Assembly: GCA_030264375.1 (NCBI GenBank) | Contig: JASCQW010000081.1 | Location: 93,102,923 to 93,166,922, forward strand | Origin: Carcharhinus longimanus | Lineage: Eukaryota | Reading direction: 5' to 3' | Length of the DNA stretch: 64,000 bases | Part shown: one piece after another, positions 51,101 to 61,345 of the stretch | How positions within the stretch are numbered: position 1 is the stretch's first letter | How the letters are laid out: each line of letters starts with the position of its first letter | Notes under the pieces: generated by a model | Seen by the model: only the letters and a program-made list of their open reading frames with translations | Told to the model about the DNA's origin: nothing | The model's database searches: none | Translations under genes and position numbers: made by a program

Positions 51101-51790
51101 CTTGGTCTATTTTTTTATCGCTCTTATCCACCAATCGCAAATAATTTTCTTGATCCATACAATTTTGTTTTGCTTCTGACCTGTTCTCCTTCCTTATATT
51201 TCTATAATTTTGTCTGTGTACTTTGATGCATTTTCTCACGTTATTGTGTTAGTTAGATACGTTATCTGATGGGGAAATAAGTAACTTTAGCAACTCAACT
51301 CATTTCATCTAGTAATATCTACCAGCTCTGTGGCCATTATAAATGTTTAATTCTTTCTCAGATTAAGTGAGCCGGGCTTCGACATCCTTCTCTTCAAAAT
51401 CTGGACGTTCCAGAACATTGCAAAGCACATCACATCGGTCTCTTACTAAGATTTGTTAATAATTCGACATTACCTTCCTCAAATTCTACCTTTGTAACCA
51501 CCATTGTATTTTGTTTTGCATTTTGCGTTTCTAAAGTTCTGTTTTTCCCTCTGTCACATTACGCCAATTTATCCCTTCAAATCTAATTCAAGCCGCACAT
51601 TTCCTTGTCTCCATTATACAATTTGCAACTGAATTGCTATTATTTTCAACAATTCATCATGTTTATCTTCTGCATTTAAACGTGAGCTTTGATATTCCTC
51701 TTCATTCTTTCGGGTAAAATTAAATTCTGATAATTCCCCAAATCCAAAAGTTTTAATTCTACCACCCACTCCAAATGCCATTCTCTGTAT
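48150..51790 (-). mobile_element. Decayed Ty3/Gypsy LTR retrotransposon of Gmr1 type (gag-PR-IN-RT-partial RH)
   Basis: Minus-strand motifs in order: gag PDFEEKDVEA (~51404-51375), RQNYRNIRK, knuckle relic SCHCNTFGH (~50816-50790); post-protease GIQFTLSNGIA (~50350-50318); integrase IRKWRQLHI...DKWPE...RNEVLQIRH (~49945-49835), TRYRLPTEIQSDEG (~49515-49474), GPY (~49180); RT PMKQHPY (~48813-48793), IDHRKVNTVTKSDSHYIPQLEDCI (~48656-48585). Confidence 0.85.
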
Positions 51791-52067
51791 CAAGAAACAC
51801 ATCAGGAACTGAAACAGCGATCTCTTGCAAATTAATCTGTTTTGAAACTAGGCAAATACAGTGCTTGAATAAAAGCACCGGTTCGTGAACACACAATGTA
51901 ATTGAATTCATTAATCCCATGAAATAATTACGCTGCTTAATCCAGATAATAATTCGCACAGTTTATTACGAATCTGAGCCCAACCCAAGGGATTTTATGA
52001 AACAAGAGCCGAGGCCAGCATTTTTTTTTCTAATTGGGATAATGGAGAGAATTGATCGCTATATTAC

Positions 52068-52455
52068 ATAAGAACATAAGAAATAGGAGCAGGAGTAGGC
52101 CATCTAGCCCTTCGAGCCTGCCCCGCCATTCAATAAGNNNNNNNNNNNNNNNNNNNNNNNNNNNNNNNNNNNNNNNNNNNNNNNNNNNNNNNNNNNNNNN
52201 NNNNNNNNNNNNNNNNNNNNNNNNNNNNNNNNNNNNNGCACTTCCCCGGAATCCAGCGAGGTTTGGAAAATAATCACCAAGGCATCCACTATCACCTCCG
52301 CCATTTCTTTCAGACCCTTGGATGCATTCCATCCGGTCCTGGGGACTTGTCCACAATAAGTCCCTCCAGTCTGTCGAGCACCGCCTCTCTAGTAACAAGT
52401 CTGTCGAGCACCGCTTCTCTAGTAACAAGTCTGTCGAGCACCGCCTCTCTAGTAA
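52068..52455 (-). mobile_element. Young CR1 insertion spanning a gap, with a triplicated 30-bp 5' end
   Basis: Tail acataagaacataagaaataggagc; ORF2 piece EVIVDALVIIFQTSLDSGEV; unit agtctgtcgagcaccgc(c/t)tctctagtaa(ca) x3 at 52368-52455; possible TSD atatt. Confidence 0.85.
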
Positions 52456-53015
52456 TATTCTGCCGACAACTTAAGACTCAGTTATACAAATTAAAACATT
52501 ACTTAATGAGACAGTTAAACCAAAACTGAATACAATGAAGGCGTTCAATTGTTATCCATTTGATCTGAACTGAAGCATGGCAATAAAGATCTCTTGCTTC
52601 TAACTGTTCTCAAAATGGCACATTCATCTTCCAGACTCGGAAAACACTATTAGTATAGATAACAACTGTAAATATATTGATATAAGTAGTTTAAACAGAC
52701 TTGAAGCTTCAAAGGGATTTTGTCGAGTGGACTGTATGCAGACATCCGTCTATAAGCAAAAATGAAACACAACTCATTGTCTGCGAAATACGCGGCTCAT
52801 TCATGGATTCATAACACCAGATAACTGTTTGCGTCTACATTCACATTCAGTGTGTTAATCAATTCCCACAGGGGCCGCTTTATTTTGCTTGGGAAAAGTA
52901 CGTTATCGCTTAACAAATGATCACATGACCACAGTCAGTAATTATTTTGTTTTCCCAGCAGTCACGCACACCCAGTTAAAATGTTCCAATATAATGGAAA
53001 TTCTAGGCTCTAGTC

Positions 53016-53300
53016 GGGCGGGACAGTGTCACAGCGGTTGACACTCCTGCCACACTGCACCAGGGACCCATGTTTAATTCAATGCCTGCGCGGAGTATGC
53101 ATGTTCTCGCCCCCACCCCCGGCATCCCCCCACTCCCGTCTTCGTGGCGATCCGGTGGGTCCCCCAGTGACTAGTCTCGTGCATTGTCCTGGCTAAATTC
53201 TTCATTACTGTCTTCAAAATAGGCTCCAAAATGTGGTGACTTGGGCATTGTCACAGTGAGTCCATTGCAGTGTTAATGTAAACCTCGTAGTGAAATTACA
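53016..53300 (+). mobile_element. Decayed HE1-type SINE
   Basis: gggcgggacagtgtcacagcggttgacactcctgcc...ccagggaccc, gcggagtatgcatgttctc, tail cacagtgagtccattgcagtgttaatgtaaacct. Confidence 0.65.
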
Positions 53301-54513
53301 GATCAACAGAACATTTAATAAGTCAACGTTGAAAGTGGCTTAGTTGCATCACGTCCACAGAAAGCAGGATGCATCCAATATGGACGGTTACCACACCACC
53401 AAACTACTTATCATCATCACCAAACAGAAGGCCTGTGTGTTCAATCAGTGATGTCTCACGTAGTAATGATACGATGACTGATCCTTCAGGATTTGTATTT
53501 CCCATTGCCAATTGGTTCCTAACTGACTTATGCATATATCCTCAAAATATAACATGAATTTGGAAGGTTGATGGCATGTTGGGGCTGGGCGGGGACGAGT
53601 TATGAAGGGGGCGGGGGGGTGGGGGGTGCGGATGGGGGTGGTTAAGTGTTGATGGCAACGACGCTTTTGCTTAAATAAATATGGCATTTTATTGCTTAAT
53701 GTATCCAGAGAAATTTCGAACCAGTGCGGGGTAAGGTTGATATATATTTCACTTGTTGGACCTTGTGACGTAACTTTTTAAAAAATTTTCATCTCATCTT
53801 AGCGCACTTTGTCATCAGTTCCTCGGTGTAGATGCCTAAACAATGTCATTCCAGCTCCGTCCTAAATGGCAAATGCTCTATCGTAATATAAGAATTATGG
53901 AAGGTCAGTTTTGAATGCATACGTCCGTAAATTATTATTTTCTTTTCAGAACTGAAGCAGCCTAGATAGCCATCAGCAAAAAAAAACTGGACAACATTGA
54001 ACCATCGGATCAGAAGCAATTAAAAATGTTGACACACAACTTCGATTGCGATGATATCCATCAAGACAGAATTGAACAATGAGCATTGAGAATTGTCAAA
54101 GTCATGAATAACTGAGCAGGGGACAGACGAGATGGGAACTGGGTTAAAAAAAATCAGAAAAATTGAAGGCAATTTCGGACATCATGAGCATAAAGGGCAA
54201 AAAATACCATAATATTGGATTTGCCACTAGCAAAGTCATAAGTGTAATGAAAAGTGCTAGTGTTCTGCATCTTAATGCACATAGTGATAAACAAATAATT
54301 CACGATACAAATCGGTAGAAGTGATATTATCTGACGGCCATTACTGAGGAATGTTAGCAAGATGATCCAATTTTTGAGATCAATATTCAGAGTTATTTGA
54401 CTTCTTGGAAGGANNNNNNNNNNNNNNNNNNNNNNNNNNNNNNNNNNNNNNNNNNNNNNNNNNNNNNNNNNNNNNNNNNNNNNNNNNNNNNNNNNNNNNN
54501 NNNNNNNNNNNNN

Positions 54514-56600
54514 GGAAGGACAGACGGGATGGAAACAGCTCTGCAATAGGTCTGATGTCAAAAGAGCCAGTAAGTGCTGTTCTGGCGAGCGATCAAAGTT
54601 CAATGAATGTGGTGTCGAGTTGGGTGGAAGTGAAAGAAACAAATGATTGAGAAATGATGGTATAGTTAGTGCATGTCTCCTGAGAAGTAACCAAAATGCC
54701 TTAAAGTGTTAACATGGAGAAATGCAAAAATATGTTCAAAGAGCTCTACCTTAATTATGATATCTTAAATTTTCGTGTAGATTTAGCTAATTAAATTAAT
54801 TTAACATGATAGTCAATATGATCACTTAATACAGCACATTCACGATGGATTCTTCCAGCAATATGTTTTGGAGTTATGTAGCTATCAGGTGAAGTTTAAT
54901 CTGGCAATGCACAATGAGGAAGCTAAAACAAGTTTCGCTGCGAGTAAATATTGTTTCGGAACTACTATAAACAACATTATGTCACTTAACATTCAGATAC
55001 ATTATTTAGAAATTGAGACTACAGTGTGCATGATAATTTAAAGATGAATTGCGAAGATATGGGAATACAATTTGCCAAAGTGGTCTGTTCGTATAGCTCA
55101 GGAGATAAGGCAATCGATGAGAGCAATTCAGTGAGGCATTTCATGAATCCAGCAAAAAAAAAATAAGGGGGAAAGAATATAGAAAGCGAAGCAACCAATT
55201 ATGAATCAACAATGAATTCAACGCGGGTATTTAGACACATGCAAAAACATATAAGCTGTTATAGAAATTGGTAGGGCAGAAAAGTGCGATAGATACAGAA
55301 TACAACAAATGCGGACCAAAGATATCGTGACAGAAAAAATACATTACGGACAAATCTTATGGTACAAAGGGAAACTGGAAAACATTTTTTTTTAAAGTAA
55401 TGTAAAAGGGAAGGAGATATAACTCTGAGAATCAGAAGAATAGCAGTGGAGTTCAAAATGTATTTTGATTCGAAAATACTGCAAGCATCGCACATATATT
55501 AAAAAAAAATTAAGTGGGCAATTACAAATAGTCAAATTCACACAAAAAAAGAGAGGGCAGCAACTTATGGAGGGAATATGTAAATCAGTGTTCAGACGGC
55601 AATTTCTCACAACAGTAGGAGTTAGCCTTCGTAGGAAGGGGTATAGAATATAAGAGTAGGAGTCTGATGTTGCAGTTGTATAGAACGTTGGTTAGGCNNN
55701 NNNNNNNNNNNNNNNNNNNNNNNNNNNNNNNNNNNNNNNNNNNNNNNNNNNNNNNNNNNNNNNNNNNNNNNNNNNNNNNNNNNNNNNNNNNNNNNNNTGA
55801 GACAATGGGACGGCGGCGCGGGCTCGTTGGGCCGAAGGGCCTGTTTCCCGTGCTGTGTTGTTCTTTGTTCTTTGAAAGCAAATTGTAATGAAGTTCTAAA
55901 CAACTTACAACGAGATGTTGATAAGTTAAGTCAATAGGCAAAAAAAAAGTCATATAGCACTCTATACGGGAACATTTGAGATAGTTAATTTTGGAAGGCA
56001 GAACAAGATGGCAGGTATTGTGTTAATTGAGAGAGACAACTGAACGTTTTAATGAAAAAAGAAACAAAATAGTCGTGGCTCTTTGTTCTTGAAAAATATT
56101 AAGTTAGCATACAGGTGCGTGTCCTAATAGGGAAGACGAATGGAATGCTGACTTTAATTTGAAAGTGGCAGGAGCATGAAAGTTACAAACATGGTTTGAT
56201 GCAAATATATAACATATTAATGTTGCCACATTTATAAACCTGAACCATGATTTCGCCCCTTATTTAAGGAAACACAAATTACCAATTGGGGCGCCAAAAG
56301 AAACAAAAAACGCTGGGAAATCTCAGCAGGTCTGGCAGTGACTGCAGGAAGAGAAAAGAGCTGACGTTCCGAGTCCAGATGACCCTTTCTCAAAACTTTC
56401 TGTTTTGGTTTCTCTTTGTTTTACTTTCAGATTTCAGCATCCACAGTAGTTTTCACCAATTGGGGCAGTACAAAATTCTAAGCTGGTGTATGAAAATTGC
56501 TCACGAGAAAACTTTAAACAAGTTTCTGTCTTTACTCCTGGAGCATCAAATGTTTGAGAGGTGAGATAGTTGAAACAAATAAAATTCATGACGTTTGCAT
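54514..56600 (+). mobile_element. Series of CR1 fragments (decayed endonuclease region, young 3' end around the gap, decayed RT C-terminus)
   Basis: aggaagga...gggatgg..cagctctg (GGGVAL-like), MLQLYRTLVR, ctcgttgggccgaagggcctgtttcccgtgctgt tail, gaagacgaatggaatgctg (KANGML). Confidence 0.65.
56297..56450. mobile_element. Penelope-like pLTR fragment inserted in CR1, flanked by repeated accaattgggg
   Basis: gctgggaaatctcagcaggtctggcag; minus strand TTGAGAAAGGGTCATCTGGACTCGGAACGTC (56393-56363); accaattggggc occurs on both sides (56281-56292 and 56455-56465). Confidence 0.65.
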
Positions 56601-57334
56601 GTTGATGACCTTACAAGCCACTGAATAGGGAAGCGAGGATGGAATCTTCCATGAATAATGTATCCAGGAGATGACCCACTCACCACGCCAACATATTCAC
56701 TACACTGCTATTCTTAACCCCTTGTCACCAATCGCCTGCACTGCTTCCATAATACTCAATTCGTGTTCGAAGAAAAAAAAATGTTGTCGTTCGATTTGTC
56801 CATTTTCATGGTTGAATTGAATTGCTGACGTTCGGTATTTCCAGGTCAGGACTTCGAACAATTTGTGTGTTGTGCTGAATGGCTTCTGTTAATATTGATT
56901 CCTCCCATCTATTCATAACTCTTCTTGACATGTTTTTGTTTCTTTTCCCTAAAACGTATTTTTTTCTTGAAACATCCTCATTATATGTAACTGCGCCCAG
57001 TCTTTTAAATGAGGAAGCAAGAGTACGAGAAAAGTTGCATGTGCCTCCCTTACTTTCCACAAGTCATTTGATAATGTGCTTCGTTAAAGATTATAGCAAC
57101 GAATGATTTTTCTTTCAAGTGAAGGCCAATGTGGGGCGTACAGAATTCATGCTAGCATATTGACATTGATTCGTGATCGACTGGCTAACGGGATCTAGGA
57201 AGCTGTCATAAACGGGTAATTTTCTAATTGATAGGAAGAGACGAATGGTGTGCCGCAGGTATCAGTGCAGGATGCCAAGCTTTTACAATTTGTAAGCATA
57301 ATGAGTAAACATAATGTAACTGTTGAAATTTCAT

Positions 57335-58200
57335 AAATTCATAAGATACAGGGGCAGAATTTGGCCATTGGGCCATCGAGTCTGTTCTGCCATTCGATCA
57401 TCTGTGTTAAGCTCAGCAACCCCATTTCCTTTAACACATTAGCAATTAAAAATCTGTCTAACTTCTCTTGAAAGTTAGACACTGCCACAGCACCATTCGC
57501 ATCTTGAGATAACAAATTCCACAGATTCACAACCCTTTGTGAGAAATCGTTTCTCCTCAACTCTGTTTTAAATTTGATACCCCTTGTCCGAGCATTATGA
57601 CTTCGAGTCATACAAGAGAAAGCATCCGTTCCACCTCTAATTATCCATACATGTTATCATCTTATACAACTCAATTCTATCTCCCTGATTCTTCTCAATT
57701 TCAGACAGTTTCGCATTAAACTCTTCAATCTCTCTTCATACCCCAACCCCTAATCTCTGGGTTGAATTTGCTGAACGCCTTCTGAACCGCCGCCCACGCC
57801 ACGACATTTTTCCTCAAACACTGGGACAAAACTATGCACAATACGCCAGGTGATGTTTCACTGATACCTTGGACAGTGGAAACAGTGCATCCTTTCCTTT
57901 ATATTCTACTCCTTTGGCAATGCATGCGAAAATTCTACCGACATGCCTTATTATCTTCTATACCGGCACGATAGTTTACTGTGACGCATGAACAGGACAC
58001 AGAGATCCCTGTGCACCGAAGCTCACCGACTTCTCTCCGAATTTAGATAATTCGTCAACTTCCCATTTTTCCAAGCAAAATGCATGCCTCATAATTATCT
58101 ATGCTAAATTCCATCTGCCATCGTTTGGCCCACTCTCCTAACCTATCTATATCCACTTGAAAGATTCTTATTAACTCATTTCAACCTACTGACCCGCCCC
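57335..58200 (-). mobile_element. Decayed CR1 3' portion
   Basis: cataagatacaggggcagaatttggcc tail; FKTELRRNDFSQRVVNLWNLL. Confidence 0.8.
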
Positions 58201-58499
58201 AGTTTGGCAACACAAATACAGTTAGTGAAATTATGACTGTATCTTTGGTCCAAGGACCCAGTGTCATGCTCAAAGGACAAATTTCCAAATCCTAATTTAC
58301 AGATAACAGAATTTCAATTCAATATTAATCTGCATTTAAAAAGACTAATGTTGACCAGGAACCACTGACAAAAAAAAACTAATTCAGTAATGTCCTTTAG
58401 GGAAGGAACTTTGTGACTTTGTCAATTCCGGCTTACACGCGACTCCTGGCACTCGGCAATGAAGCCGAATCTTAATTGCCTATTGGAATGGCCGAACAA

Positions 58500-60415
58500 G
58501 CCTTTGGACCTCAATCAGGCCGTGCTCAGGACTATCCAACCAACATATCACCAATATGTCTCCTGTTCCACCAGATGCACAGATATCCCGGACTTCTGCT
58601 ATACAAACGTGAAACATTCTTACCGTTCTATTGCCCATCCAGGCATTGGCAAATCAGATCACAGTGTTGTGCTGCTGCTTCCGACTTAAAAACAACAACT
58701 AAACCGAGAGGATCCATCAAAAAAACAACATTTCATGTTGGTCTGCGGAATCGGATAGCATCCTGCTTGTCTGCTTAGTGTTAGCAGATTGGTCAGCTTT
58801 TAAATGCACTGCGACCAGCATGAACGGGAATGCTATGCGCGACACTCCCTTTCGTAGCAAGTGCGTAGAAGCAAATCCGTGTATTTCCCAACCAGAAACT
58901 ATGGGTGAACATGGATATCCTCTGATTGCTGAAATCCACGTCTGAAACGTTCGAGTCTGGCGACACTGTGTTTTACAAAAAGAAAGTCACATGAAAGCTA
59001 AGGAGATACATTGCATACGTCAAAAAACGCAGCGGGACCAAATTAGAGTCCGAAGCTAGCCACAGGGGCCCCCGATGACCATGGAAAAGACTGAAAAATA
59101 TAACGGACTACAAATATGTAAAGTCGCCGGAACCTGGTGAGCTTAATGCATTCAATATCCGTTTTGTGCAAGAGGTCACCGAGAGCACGCCTTTCACCCC
59201 GGAATCCCTGGATGAACTTTTATTGGAGGTCACCGTTTGCAGATGTCAGGGCATACCGCTCGAAGTCCACACCAGGAAAAGTGACTGACCCGGCTAGGAT
59301 ATCAGGACGTACGCTGTACGGAGCAACTGGCCGGGTATCTGAGATATCTTCAACCTCTCTTTACAACAATCTGAGGTCCATGTTTGCTTTAAGAAGGTAA
59401 TCATCATTCAGGGACTAAAGAAAAGCAGAATGTCTCAGTGAAAATCGGCGGGTGGCCCTGACGTGAATCATTTGAAGTGTTTGAAAGATTAGTCATGGTG
59501 CGATCCACTTTCACTCTTCCCAGCAGATTGCCTGGATCCACTACAGTTCGCCTGTAACGCAAAAAGGCCACAAGTGATGCAATTTCCTGGCCCTGCCATC
59601 AACCCAGGAACATCGAGATAACAAAGAACTATTTCACACTCTCTCCTACTTATTGAATACAGCTCAGTCCTCAACATGATTATTCGGACCAAACTCGTCT
59701 CCAAACCCGTGGCCCTGGGATCGGCTCCTCCGACCACAATAGCTATTCTTCACTGTCAATAAATCGAATGAGATAATTATTGACTTCTGGAAGCATAGTG
59801 GATGGCATACCCCTGCCTCTATCAATGGGATGAAGGAGAAACAGTCAAAAACTTCAGGCTTTTAAGTGTCGAGGTCACCAACAATGCATCCTGATCCCTC
59901 TATGTGGATGGTATGGTTAAGAAAGCCCATCTCTGTATTTTCTCAGAGGGCGAGGGAATTCGGCCTGGCTGTTACCAAAGCTCCAAAATAATATTCTTTT
60001 TTCTATCACAGTTTGGTATGGCTCTTGTTCGTCCCAAACTCGCAAGAAAGCACAACGTTCGTACAGAGAAGTCCGTCACTTAAAATCACCCTCCCAATCA
60101 TTGCCCCTGCCCACATTTCACATTGTCTCAAAAAAAAAACAGCCAGCATAGTTAAGGGCGTAATTGTTTCTCCTTATTCCGTCTAACTGAAACATAAAAT
60201 TCTGAAGACATGTAGCATCCAAGTCAAGGGTAGCTTCTTCCGTTATGCAATCCGAAATTGAGTGGACCTCGGTTGATTTTTCGCTGCACCCTAGCTATGA
60301 GTATAACATTGCATTCCTTCGTTCTGTATGAATCGTGCTCTTCGTCTGTCTCGTGCGCTAGGTGCATTGCTTTTTCAGTGCATATTAACACCTGCAGCAA
60401 AAATAAATTAAATCA
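58500..60415 (+). mobile_element. Long decayed Rex1/Babar element (endonuclease to tail, internally deleted)
   Basis: DLNQA...YHQYVSCSTR...DFCYT...HPGIGKSDH..VLLLP; ttcccaaccagaaact (FPNQK); ctggatccactacagttcgcct (LDPLQFA); tail aataaattaaatc. Confidence 0.85.
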
Positions 60416-60499
60416 GTGCCATTTAAATCAAATATTATCAAGCGCATTATCAACTGTGCAAATATATTTTCTAGTAAGCGACGCAGACATCCCATGAAT

Positions 60500-61345
60500 T
60501 AATGAAAATAGTCAAAACTAAATGATGACTAAATCCTAAGACGGTTACTGAAGAGCGTGAGTTGGTAAAAATCAGACAGATGGAGAATGTTTGCAAATGA
60601 GAAGTCATGAAGTTTGGCGGGAGGAATAAAAAAAACATTTTATTTAATGTCGAATGCTTGTACAACTATAAGGTGCGGAATGATCTGTGTACCCTGCTAC
60701 ACAAATCACAAATCACTTGCATCCATGTGCAGCATGCCAGGAAGAAAGATGATAGAACGTTACAGTTTGTCACAACAGGAATTTTCTTCAAGCGTAGGGA
60801 GGTTATGCTTCATTTTATTGGGCTGAGAATAGATCTGCTGTACTATTTATAGTGTTGGTTCACTTTTTTAAGGAAACATGTAAACGCTTCAGAAGCAGTT
60901 CAGCAAAGATTAATTGGAATGATTTCAGGAACATGCAGGTTATCAAGCAAGAACACATTGGAAAAGGGTTAGATTTCTATTCAGTAGAGTCTATTAGACT
61001 GAAAGGGAATTAGGTGTACTATTTACAATTGATGCAATTTTGACAGGTTGAATGTATTCTTTAATCTGAGTAACCGGAGTCGCTTTTAAAATTAGAGATG
61101 AGGAGATCCTATTTTCTCTAAGAGTTGAGAGCCTCTGACATTCGCTTCCTCAACTGCCGTGGAAGTCGTGTCTTTGATTTTTACTTAAAGGCAAAGCTAG
61201 GTAGATTCTTGTGCAATGTAGGCAGAAATGCAGGAGTGTGAGGATGAAGATTCAATCAGATCAGCCATTATATCATTTAAGAGTGGTGTAGACCCAGCCG
61301 GCAAAATGCCGGCTCCTAATCCTAATTCATATGGTCGTATGTTGG
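60500..61345 (+). mobile_element. Decayed CR1 3' portion
   Basis: gaagtcatgaagtttggcgggaggaat (CEVMHFGR-like), aggaaacatgtaaacgcttcagaagcagttcag, 3' stem-loop agccggcaaaatgccggct and tail ctcctaattcatatggtcgtatg. Confidence 0.7.

Noticed and set aside
48400-51790. Giant decayed host exon (TEX15/BRCA2-like acidic sequence)
   Set aside because: Ordered gag, integrase and RT motifs explain it as a Gypsy element.
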